From positions 310,001-374,000 of the forward strand of contig QPGO01000017.1 of the NCBI GenBank assembly GCA_008632985.1: a stretch of DNA of 64,000 nt. Reading direction: 5' to 3'. This DNA comes from Psammoneis japonica (Eukaryota). The stretch's first letter is position 1; every line of letters starts with the position of its first letter. Below are positions 24,591-36,338 of the stretch, piece by piece. Both the position numbers and the translations under genes were made by a program. Below the pieces are notes generated by a model. The model saw only the letters and a program-made list of their open reading frames with translations, had not been told where the DNA came from and did no database searches.

Positions 24591-25579
24591 CTTGTAGATC
24601 TGAGTTTGGCAACTCTACTCTTTGGTGATGAGACAGACGTAAACGGTACTGATATGTCGATAAGAATTAAGACTTTTGATTCTCTGACAAAACTGTTGTC
24701 TGTCCCTCTTAGTAGAAAGCTATTATGATCGAGATGCAGAATTGTCTTTTAGAGTAGCTAGTAGGAACACAGAACTACTTCCTCTGCTAGCTAGGGAGCA
24801 TCATCTGTGTCAATCACGGTTACTTGATTCCGTAGATACAGTAGTAACGTCCATACATGCCAACGATACTCGCTCCACTCTAGGGCTAGCTCTACGGTAC
24901 TCTCTACTAGAGAGGAACCTCTAGCTAGGGCCCTCTCTACTACGGTAGCTAGAGAGGGCCCTCTTAGTAGAGTAGGGCCTACAGTAGAGTCAGCACAGCT
25001 GCCTCGCTCCCACGCACATGGAGGTCCGTAAGGTTACGGCCAATACCCAGTTAGTACGGTAGGTGGGGCCAACAGTCTCTACTGTAGTAGCCAGGCCCTA
25101 CCGCCATGCACATTACAGTACTGTGAAGTCAGTCTTTTCAGGCAATCTTGTCGTGCAATTTCGAATAATACTTCATAGGGCCTACCATTACTGTACCAGT
25201 TGATACTGCAGACGTGGTTTCTTGGTAGAATATATCAAGACTTGAATATATTATATATTTCAATTTTTGTCTAAAGTACCTTTTCTGATAGTAATATATT
25301 TATCAATATTTTTGTCTATGACACAAGAATGACAGAAAAATTGGATAAAAACAACTCTCGCGAATATTCGCAAATCGATTCAACGCACGGGGGTGAGAGC
25401 GTGAAAAGACCCAACGGCCGCCTGTGTGACTAACTCGCACGACGCTCTCACAAAACTTTTGCTCTTTTTCTCGTGTCACATAAACTGTTGCCATTTTCGC
25501 ACCTTTGGACTACACCCCGAGGTTCAAATTATAGCAACTGTTGCCCTTGAGAAAGAAACATCTGATTGTCGCGAGAAAG

Positions 25580-28500
25580 ATGAGAGTCGGTGTGTGTGCA
25601 GCACTAGTTTTCGCCTCCTTTGCCTGCGCACAAACAAATTCCGTAGACGAAAAAGGAGTAATCGGCGAACGAACACGTAAAGTGGACTCTCATCAGGCGT
25701 CACTTTTTAGTCTTGAGGGCGGGAATCTGGAAGAAGTGAAGGTAACAGAAAGTCACATCCTCGAAGATTTGACAAGTAAATCTGGACAGTCCGGTGAGGG
25801 TGAGACAAGAGACATAGTTACGTCTCTTGACCGAGACCTTGCGCGACGAGATCTTGGCGATCGTTATCGTCCTCGAGCAGAAGGAAAGCAGCGGAAACGG
25901 ATTCGACATCACATTCTAGGCGGAAGTGGAATCGACGCCCCTCCGGAATGCTCCTGTCCGTACCCTGGAAGCTCAAGGAAGGGTGGCAGGGCAACAAGTG
26001 TGAGAAAGAAAGGAAAAAGCAGTGGCGCAGAGGAAAGGGCAAGAAAAGCGGCCACAGAAACCGAGCTCTTCAACGATTTGATGAATTGAAGTCCATCTTC
26101 TCTCGAAACAGACAGCGCGAATCTCCAAGGGAGCGGAATGAACCTGGTAGATCGGACCTTTATGACAAGTATGAAGATGAAGAAGATAGGAAAGCTTATC
26201 CCATATGCAAGAATGTCATATGGCTCTGTCCTGGAGAGAAACCAGATGGTGGCGCCTTTTTGCGTTGCCCTTCCTCTAAAAGAATCAACCGGAAAGGCAG
26301 AAAACAAGGTAGCGGAAAAAGCGTATTGTACCCAAGCCCTTTACCCGTTGTGAGGTATCTTCCCAAGAACCATCCACAATGTCAATGTCCGGATGATTTT
26401 GGACCTCAACCGAATAAACGTCGACCAGTTTACCCAGCTCCAGCCCCGTACAGGTATGAGAAGGACAGAGGACAAGGGAAAGAAAGACGATACCATGCGA
26501 AGGGCGGAAAGAGATCCCACGGGAAATATCCAAAAAAGGGGAAAAAAGGCTATAGTAAGTCGAAGAGAAAGAAAGGATTCATGGGAAAAGGTTTCATCAA
26601 ACATAAACCATCACGGTGCCCAACCCCGCCCCCCAAAACATTTTCACCTACTGAGACACCGACTGAAACGCCGACTGAGTTTCCGACGGCAATGCCACCC
26701 TTACCACCTGGAGTTCCAACGCAAAGTCCAGCACCTCCATCACAGAGCCCGGCACCAAGTATGAGTCCCACGGAAATCCCACCATTGCCTCCGGTTTCGC
26801 CGCCCACACCTGCCCCGAGCTCCAGTCCCGTCCCCAGCAAATCACCAAGTGCTTCACCAAGTGCAAGTCCAGCACCAAGCGATTCTCCCAGTTCAGAGCC
26901 GAGCGTCAGTTTAGCTCCGTCAGAATCAATAATTTGCGAAGTTGAAGTGAGTACTGATACAGCAGCCAAAATTTATTTATCCTTCAAGCTACAACTCACG
27001 AACTCAAACTCGATCTCCAATTTCTTTTGCAAATTGTCAACAGGTCGAAATAACTTGCACGACCGGCGAAGGCGACCTCGAGCAAAACTGCACCGACATT
27101 ACAAGTCCAGATTCGCAGTGCGTAGGATACTCGAACTTGAAGTTCATTTTTGAACCACGCTCCTGCGCAGAAGCAACTAACTCACAAGGTCAGACCAGCG
27201 TTTGTGAGGAAGAAAACGGTGGTATCCCTGGAATGAATGACACAGTTCAAGTTGTCTGCATTGAGAAAGATACGAATAACACCCTTTTCAATGATCAGGT
27301 TGCAAAAGACGACATGGTCCAGTTCTCCGACGTTCCCAGCTCCGTTGAATGTGCCATTAGGAATGCCGCGAACCAGACCATACTTTATCAAAGGGTGACC
27401 TTCATGACTGACGAACCTTTCAACTTGCTCCTAAATGATGAATATGGAAGTCTGACTCTCAAGGGCTGCACAGATGAAAGTCAACCACCCCGACAGTGTT
27501 TGATCGACGTTGACTATTTGATTACAGTCGAAAACGTGGGAAGCGAGAACATGACGATAAAGCAAGCAGACCTGATACTGGACGACATGGAAACCATTGA
27601 TTTGCGCCCTGAGCTAGATACGGAACTGGCACCAGACCAAATCACAAATACCACAGAGACAGTGACTATCGACATTTGCGTTGAGGCCAACTACACAGCC
27701 AAGGCTGAGGTGGAAGCTAATCCGCCGTTCGGTCCGAATACCTGTGAAGACGAAGATGATTATGTCATTGAAACAGATCCCTTACCGACACCATCCCCGA
27801 CACCAGTGCCGTCACAGACGCCAAGCCAGTCTCCTACAGCGATACCACCCCTGCCCCCTCCACCACCCTCCGCATCACCCTCCCGTAGCCCGGCTCCAAG
27901 TGACTATCCAAGTGCAGTACCCAGCTCAAGCCCGGTGCCAAGTCAATCGCCGAGCGCCGAGCCAAGCGAAAGTCCAGCACCAAGCAATACGCCAAGCAAC
28001 AAGCCAAGTGCCAGTCCCGCCCCGAGTTCGCCCCCCAGTAACGCTCCGAGCTCGAGTCCGGCACCGACGACTCATGCTAGTAGTCCACCTAGCTCAAGTC
28101 CGGCTCCAAGTGATTCGCCAAGTGCAGCTCCTAGTTCAAGCCCAGCACCGAGTGATGCACCAAGCAACGTGCCAAGCGCGAGTCCTGCCCCCAGCAAAGC
28201 TCCAAGTAACATGCCAAGCGAAAGTCCTGCTCCTAGCAATGAGCCAAGCACCGAGCCAAGTGCAAGTCCTGCCCCGAGTTCGCCCCCCAGTAACGCTCCG
28301 AGCTCGAGTCCGGCACCGACGACTCATGCTAGTAGTCCCCCAAGCTCTAGTCCAGCGCCGAGCAATTCGCCCAGTGCAGCCCCTAGTTCAAGCCCAGCAC
28401 CAAGTGATTCCCCCAGTTCGGAGCCGAGCGTCAGTTTAGCTCCGTCGGAATCTATTGAATGTGACGTCGAGGTAAGTTTTGATATCCCAAACGAACCCAT

Positions 28501-31500
28501 CCTTGACGATGAAGCTTGTAACATAAACCTTTTTCTCCAATTTCGTTTGAAAATTAACAACAGGTCGAAATAACCTGCACGACGGGCGAAGGCGACCTCG
28601 AGCAAAACTGCACCGACATTACAAGTCCGGAATCGCAGGTAGCAGGTTTTTCGAACTTAACTTTCATCTACGACCCACGTTCTTGCGCGGAAGCAACGAA
28701 CTCACAAAGTCAGACTAGCATTTGCGAGGAAGATAACGGTGGTATCCCTGGAAACAATGACACAGTTCAAGTTGTCTGCACCGATGAAGATACAGACAAT
28801 ACTCTTTTTAACGATCAGGTTGACAAAGGCGACACGGTCGAACTCTCCAACGTTCCTAGCTCCGTTGAATGTACCATCAGAAATGCCACGAATCAGACCA
28901 TAGTTTATCAAAGGGTGACCTTCATGACTGATGAACCCTTCAACTTGCTTCTCAACGATGAATATGGGAGTCTGACGCTCAAGGGTGGCACGGATGCGGA
29001 TCAACCACCCCGAGAGTGTTTGATCGACGTTGACTACTTGATAACAGTCAAAAACGTGGGAACTGATAACATGACGATAGAGCAAGCAGACCTGATACTG
29101 GACGACATGGAAACCATTGATTTGCGCCCTGAGCTAGATACGGAACTGGCACCAGACCAAACCACTGATACCACAAAGACAGTGACTATCGATATTTGCG
29201 TTGAGGCCAACTATACAGCCAAGGCTGAGGTGGAAGCTAACCCGCCGTTCGGTCCAAATACCTGTGAAGACGAGGATGATTACGTCATTGAAACAGATCC
29301 GTTGCCCACACCACGCCCGACGCCGGCACCGTCACAGACGCCGAGCCTGACTCCAAGTGAATCGCCAAGTGCCAGTCCAGCCCCTAGTTCATCACCGAGT
29401 AACGCTCCGAGCACAAGTCCAGAACCTACAGTCCATGCGAGTAGTCCACCTAGCTCAAGTCCGGCTCCGAGTGATTCGCCAAGTGCAGCTCCTAGTTCAA
29501 GCCCAGCACCGAGTGATGCACCAAGCAACGTGCCAAGCGCGAGTCCTGCCCCCAGCAAAGAGCCAAGCGCCGAGCCAAGTGCCAGTCCAGCCCCAAGCAA
29601 TGCGCCAAGCACCGAGCCAAGTGAGAGTCCCGCCCCGAGTTCGGCACCCAGTAATGCTCCGAGCTCGAGTCCAGCACCGACGACTCATGGTAGTAGTCCA
29701 CCTAGCTCAAGTCCGGCTCCAAGTGAATCGCCAAGTGCAGCTCCTAGTTCAAGCCCAGCACCGAGTGATGCACCAAGCAACGTGCCAAGCGCGAGTCCTG
29801 CCCCCAGCAAAGAGCCAAGCGCCGAGCCAAGTGCCAGTCCAGCTCCAAGCAATGCGCCAAGTACCGAGCCAAGTACCAGTCCCGCCCCGAGTTCGGCACC
29901 CAGTAATGCTCCGAGCTCGAGTCCGGCACCGACGACTCATGGTAGTAGTCCACCTAGCTCAAGTCCGGCTCCAAGTGAATCGCCAAGTGCAGCTCCTAGT
30001 TCAAGCCCAGCACCGAGTGATGCACCAAGCAACGTGCCAAGCGCGAGTCCTGCCCCAGCAAAGAGCCAAGCGCCGAGCCAAGTGCCAGTCCAGCTCCAAG
30101 CAATGCGCCAAGTACCGAGCCAAGTACCAGTCCCGCCCCGAGTTCGGCACCCAGTAACGCCCCGAGCTCGAGTCCGGCACCGACAACTCATGGTAGTAGT
30201 CCACCTAGCTCGAGTCCGGCTCCGAGTGATTCTCCAAGTGCAGCTCCCGCGCCATCACAGGCCCCAAGCAGTTCTCCAACAGAAATGCCTTTGATCCCCC
30301 CTGCTATACCCACTCCCCCACCTTCTGTTAGCCCGGCTCCTAGTGACCACCCTAGCGCAGCACCCAGCTCAAGCCCGGTGCCAAGTCAAGAGCCAAGCGC
30401 CGAGCCAAGTGCCAGTCCAGCTCCAAGCAATGCGCCAAGCACCGAGCCAAGTACCAGTCCCGCCCCGAGTTCGGCACCCAGTAACGCTCCGAGCTCGAGT
30501 CCGGCACCGACGACTCATGGTAGTAGTCCACCTAGCTCAAGTCCGGCTCCGAGTGATTCGCCAAGTGCAGCTCCTAGTTCAAGCCCAGCCCCAAGTGATG
30601 CACCAAGCAACGTGCCAAGCGCGAGTCCTGTCCCCAGCAAAGAGCCAAGCGCCGAGCCAAGTGCCAGTCCAGCTCCAAGCAATGCGCCAAGCACCGAGCC
30701 AAGTACCAGTCCCGCCCCGAGTTCGGCACCCAGTAACGCTCCGAGCTCGAGTCCGGCACCGACGACTCATGGTAGTAGTCCACCTAGCTCAAGTCCGGCT
30801 CCGAGTGATTCGCCAAGTGCAGCTCCTAGTTCAAGCCCAGCACCGAGTGATGCACCAAGCAACGTGCCAAGCGCGAGTCCTGCCCCCAGCAAAGAGCCGA
30901 GCGCCGAGCCAAGTGCCAGTCCAGCTCCAAGCAATGCGCCAAGCACCGAGCCAAGTACCAGTCCCGCCCCGAGTTCGGCACCCAGTAATGCTCCGAGCTC
31001 GAGTCCGGCACCGACGACTCATGGTAGTAGTCCACCTAGCTCAAGTCCGGCTCCAAGTGAATCGCCAAGTGCAGCTCCTAGTTCAAGCCCAGCACCGAGT
31101 GATGCACCAAGCAACGTGCCAAGCGCGAGTCCTGCCCCCAGCAAAGAGCCAAGCGCCGAGCCAAGTGCCAGTCCAGCTCCAAGCAATGCGCCAAGTACCG
31201 AGCCAAGTACCAGTCCCGCCCCGAGTTCGGCACCCAGTAACGCCCCGAGCTCGAGTCCGGCACCGACAACTCATGGTAGTAGTCCACCTAGCTCGAGTCC
31301 GGCTCCGAGTGATTCTCCAAGTGCAGCTCCTAGTTTAAGCGCAGCACCAAGTGATTCTCCCAGTTCGGAGCCGAGCGTCAGTTTAGCTCCGTCGGAATCT
31401 ATTGAATGCGACGTCGAGGTAAGTTTTGATATCCCAAACGAACCCATCCTTGACGATGAAGCTTGTAACATAAACCTTTTTCTCCAATTTCGTTTGAAAA

Positions 31501-34500
31501 TCGACAACAGGTCGAAATAACCTGCACGACGGGCGAAGGCGACCTCGAGCAAAACTGCACCGACATTACAAGTCCGGAATCGCAGGTAGCAGGTTTTTCG
31601 AACTTAACTTTCATCTACGACCCACGTTCTTGCGCGGAAGCAACGAACTCACAAAGTCAGACTAGCATTTGCGAGGAAGATAACGGTGGTATCCCTGGAA
31701 ACAATGACACAGTTCAAGTTGTCTGCACCGATGAAGATACAGACAACACTCTTTTTAACGATCAGGTTGACAAAGGCGACACGGTCGAACTCTCCAACGT
31801 TCCTAGCTCCGTTGAATGTACCATCAGAAATGCCACGAATCAGACCATAGTTTATCAAAGGGTGACCTTCATGACTGATGAACCCTTCAACTTGCTTCTC
31901 AACGATGAATATGGGAGTCTGACGCTCAAGGGTGGCACGGATGCGGATCAACCACCCCGAGAGTGTTTGATCGACGTTGACTACTTGATAACAGTCAAAA
32001 ACGTGGGAACTGATAACATGACGATAGAGCAAGCAGACCTGATACTGGACGACATGGAAACCATTGATTTGCGCCCTGAGCTAGATACGGAACTGGCACC
32101 AGACCAAACCACTGATACCACAGAGACAGTGACTATCGATATTTGCATTGAGGCCAACTATACAGCCAAGGCTGAGGTGGAAGCTAACCCGCCGTTCGGT
32201 CCAAATACCTGTGAAGACGAGGATGATTACGTCATTGAAACAGATCCGTTGCCCACACCACGCCCGACGCCGGCACCGTCACAGACGCCAAGCCTGTCTC
32301 CAAGTGAATCACCAAGTGCAAGTCCAGCTCCTAGTTCATCGCCGAGTAACGCTCCGAGCACAAGTCCGGCACCCACAGTCCATGCGAGTGTCCCCTAGCT
32401 CCAGTCCGGCTCCGAGTGATTCGCCAAGTGCAGCACCTAGTTTAAGCCCGGCACCAAGTGATTCTCCTAGCCATGCACCAAGCTCAAGCCCGGCACCGAG
32501 TGAAGTTCCAAGCAACATGCCAAGCGCAAGTCCCGCCCCAAGCAATGCGCCAAGCACCGAGCCAAGTGAGAGTCCCGCCCCGAGTTCCGCGCCGAGTAAC
32601 GCTCCTAGCGCCAGTCCGGCGCCTACAGTTCATGATAGTGCTGCCCCAAGCTCAAGTCCGGCTCCAAGTGATTCTCCAAGTGCAGCACCTAGCAAAAGCC
32701 CCGTGCCGAGCGATTCTCCTAGTCAAACACCAAGTTCAAGTCCGGAACCGAGCAAAGCTCCAAGCAGCATGCCAAGCGCAAGTCCCGCACCGAGCAGCAC
32801 GCCAAGTGCCGAGCCAAGTGCCAGTCCAGCGCCGAGTTCGGCTCCGAGTAATGCTCCGAGCTCGAGTCCTGCACCTACAGTCCATGCGAGTGCTGTCCCG
32901 AGCTCCAGTCCGGCTCCAAGTGATTCACCAAGTGCAGCACCAAGTTCAAGCCCAGCGCCGAGCGATTCTCCTAGTCAAGCACCAAGTTCAAGTCCGGAAC
33001 CGAGCAAAGCTCCAAGCAGCATGCCAAGCGCAAGTCCCGCACCGAGCAGCACACCAAGTGCCGAGCCAAGTGCCAGTCCAGCGCCGAGTTTCGCTCCGAG
33101 TAATGCTCCGAGCTCGAGTCCTGCACCTACAGTCCATGCGAGTGCTGTCCCGAGCTCCAGTCCGGCTCCAAGTGATTCGCCAAGTGCGGCACCAAGTTCA
33201 AGCCCAGCACCGAGCGATTCTCCTAGTCAAGCACCAAGTTCAAGTCCGGAACCGAGCGAAGCTCCAAGTAACATGCCAAGCGCAAGTCCAGCCCCAAGCA
33301 GCACGCCAAGTGCCGAACCAAGTGAGAGTCCCGCTCCGAGTTCGACACCGAGTAACGCTCCTAGCGCCAGTCCGGCGCCTACAGTTCATGATAGTGCTGC
33401 CCCAAGCTCAAGCCCGGCTCCAAGTGATTCTCCAAGTGCAGCACCTAGCAGAAGCCCAGCACCGAGCGATTCTCCTAGTCAAACACCAAGTTCAAGTCCG
33501 GAACCGAGCAAAGCTCCAAGCAACTTGCCAAGCGCAAGTCCCGCACCGAGCAGCACGCCAAGTGCCGAGCCAAGTGCCAGTCCAGCGCCGAGTTCGGCTC
33601 CGAGTAATGCTCCGAGCTCGAGTCCGGCACCTACAGTCCATGCGAGTGATGCACCAAGCTCTAGTCCGGCTCCGAGTGATTCTCCAAGTGCAGCCCCTAG
33701 TTCAAGCCCGGCACCTAGTGATTCTCCTAGCGAAGCGCCCAGCTCCAGTCCGGCTCCCAGTGACAAACCAAGTGCGGCCCCTAGCTCAAGCCCGGCACCG
33801 AGCAATTCTCCTAGCCAAGCACCGAGTTCAAGCCCGGCACCAAGCGATGCTCCGAGCAACATACCAAGCGCAAGTCCTGCTCCAAGCAGCACGCCAAGTA
33901 CCGAGCCAAGTGCCAGTCCCGCCCCTAGCTCGGCGCCGAGTAACGCTCCGAGCTCCAGCCCGGCGCCTACGGTCCATGCCAGTAACGCACCAAGCTCTAG
34001 TCCGGCTCCGAGTGCCTCTCCAAGTGCAGCACCTAGTTCAAGCCCCGCACCGAGTGAAGCGCCAAGTCGAGCTCCGAGTGCAAGCCCAGCACCAAGTGAT
34101 ACGCCAAGCAACATTCCTAGTGCTAGTCCTGCTCCGAGCTCTAGTCCCAGCGAGAGTCCAAGTGCCAGCCCGGCTCCTAGTTCAGTACCTAGTTCGGCGC
34201 CAAGTTCCAGTCCGGCACCTAGTGATGTCCCAAGCGCATCACCCAGCTCCAGCCCTGCTCCCAGTGCATCTCCTAGTGCATTTCCAAGTGCGAGTCCTGC
34301 ACCCAGTTTCGTTCCAAGCTCGCGTCCCAGTGCTAGTCCCGAACCAAGTGCAATACCCAGCATGGCTCCTTCTGTACCTGCAGTTTGCGATGTCGATGTG
34401 AGTGTGATCAATGCATATAGTGAAAACCCATTTTTCATTTTTCGTTGCTCACCTCGTTTCACCCTTGTTGTGTTTCATTTACAGGTGAATCTAAACTGCA

Positions 34501-35525
34501 CTTACAACGACCAAGATTGTGAGGACATTGAACCTCCTGAGGACCCACAATGCGCGGGCTATTCCAACTTGACGTTTACGTTTGAACCTCGGAAATGTAT
34601 AGATCAGCAGAATTCCCAAGGCGACAAGTGCATATGCGTTGACTACAATGATTTTGATCCAAATCCATTGGCATTCTATCGCCTGAAATGCGTTGGTACT
34701 CCCGGAAGCTCGACGATCTTACCAACTCGCATGGTCCAACCCGGAGATGTGATTACACTAGTGGACGTCACAACTCACGTGTTTTGCACTTTTTCCGCAC
34801 CGAATACCAACAAGGTATTCCAGACGGTGGAGTTTGACACCGCGCCAGCATTCGAAAATGACATGCTCGACCTGCTCTTGAAAGATCAAGTAGGCAGTCT
34901 CACATTGGTCGGCTGTGAGGATGAAGGTGATGAAGCAGGAGACCCGAAGAGTTGCTTGATTGACATTGTATACGGTATCGCCATCATTAATATTGGCGAT
35001 ATTGAAATGGATATCACGACGGCGTGGCTGATCTTGACTACAATGACGGAAATGATGAATGTCACAGTGCCCGAAGATCTCCGTCCACTTCTGCCGAAGC
35101 TCAACCTTCAAATTGGCGATGTTGTAAGCACATCAGTGCCCAAGGAAATCGATATTTGCATTTATGCCAAACACACCGCCGAGGTCTTTGTTGAAGCGCT
35201 GCCTCCATACGGTGGTATCGAATGTCGGGCCAACGACACGATCGAATTCGAGACTGATCCATTGCCAACCCGAGCGCCCACGCCGGTCCCGAGTCTAAGC
35301 CCGTCCGAAGTTCCGTCTGCCAGTCCAGCTCCAAGTGAGACACCTAGTTCGATGCCAAGCTTAAGTTTGATGCCAACTGAGTGCCAGGGTATATCGCTTG
35401 AGTTGAGACAGTTTCTCATTGACAACAACGGCACGGACTTTCTTCTACGCCCCCCTTCTCGCGGTCGCTACCTGAGAGGATTGAACGACGAAAGGAAGTT
35501 GTTATGCGACAACGAAAACAACTAG
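25580..35525 (+). CDS. Very large secreted protein: signal peptide, Lys/Arg/Gly-rich N-region, four Cys-rich globular modules separated by Ser/Pro/Ala mucin-like repeats
   Basis: Signal MRVGVCAALVFASFACA. Modules at ~26935, 28460, 31407 and 34386, each opening with C(E/D)V(E/D)|V across an intron (26947-27043, 28472-28563, 31419-31510, 34398-34484). PSxSPAPS repeats. Frameshifts near 25990, 30052 and 32390. Confidence 0.85.
28430..32390 (+). repeat. Near-identical internal duplication of intron + module (28430-29440 vs 31377-32387, offset 2947 bp)
   Basis: Introns gtaagttttgatatcccaaacg...caacag are almost identical; modules differ by only a few codons. Confidence 0.92.
29420..31340 (+). repeat. 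Coding tandem repeat, 252-bp (84-aa) higher-order unit built from PSxxPSxSPA sub-units
   Basis: The anchor gactcatggtagtagtccacctagctc recurs at 252-bp spacing; ORF-track duplicates at 30574/30826/31078 and 29492/29744. Confidence 0.92.
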
Positions 35526-36338
35526 AAGACCCATAGAGGTTTCTATTGGTCAGAAAAGACTGATCGACATCTCCGACCAAGATCTTCATACTGAAGGTGG
35601 AATCCTCTGTTGTGCATGTATTGATAGGATTTCGCCCAGCCTCGGTGGTTTGTTTGTTTCAACCATCATGGTAATTACATATACATATTTTAGCAATTCA
35701 TATGATTTTGATCAACATTAGACAGTGTGTGCCTTTTGTCTGTACCCTCGGAAGTTTCTGTGGGAAAGCACCAATTGGTTTAACTCCCCCACAGAGCATC
35801 ATTTCCACGCGCGTGATTCTCCGACACTATAATTGTGAAAATCTGTCAGAGTGGTCGTTTCTCGTCACAGCATTTGAAGAAATAGAAAGTGGATAAGCAT
35901 TCACGACAATCGCTTTCAGGCGCTGCTCAAGAAGAAAACATCGTAAGTGTCTGTGGGAGGAAGAAGCAGTACGTAGGAGAAAACATCGTAAGTTCTGAAA
36001 AGGAGAATAGCTACAGTATAAGGCTGGGTTTTTCGAAAAAAATATTATAACCTATGTTTATGAATAACACATAAAATATTATCTTTAAGTTTTTTGTTTA
36101 TGTTATTGATCTTTGTATACCGTATATGTCACTAATAGTTGCTTCACATCTGTATGAAAATCAATACAACTGTGTTTTTTCGCGCCAAAACCGTTGGACT
36201 TGCGGTGCGAGAACAAAGAACAAACAAGAACGCATTCAACATTCAACATGCGGATGCCCTGCCGATAGCCGAACAACAACCGCAAGAACCGAGGACAAAG
36301 AGACCACTTTATCTACTAGATTGTGTATCTCAGACACA

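Noticed and set aside
29420..34380. Regular repeats as a CRISPR array or satellite
   Set aside because: No unique spacers; unit lengths are multiples of three and encode Ser/Pro linkers within a spliced gene.
33479..34462. Antisense GAGLELG-repeat ORF and the alternative-frame QVQ/RVR ORFs
   Set aside because: Shadows of the PSSSPAPS coding repeat.
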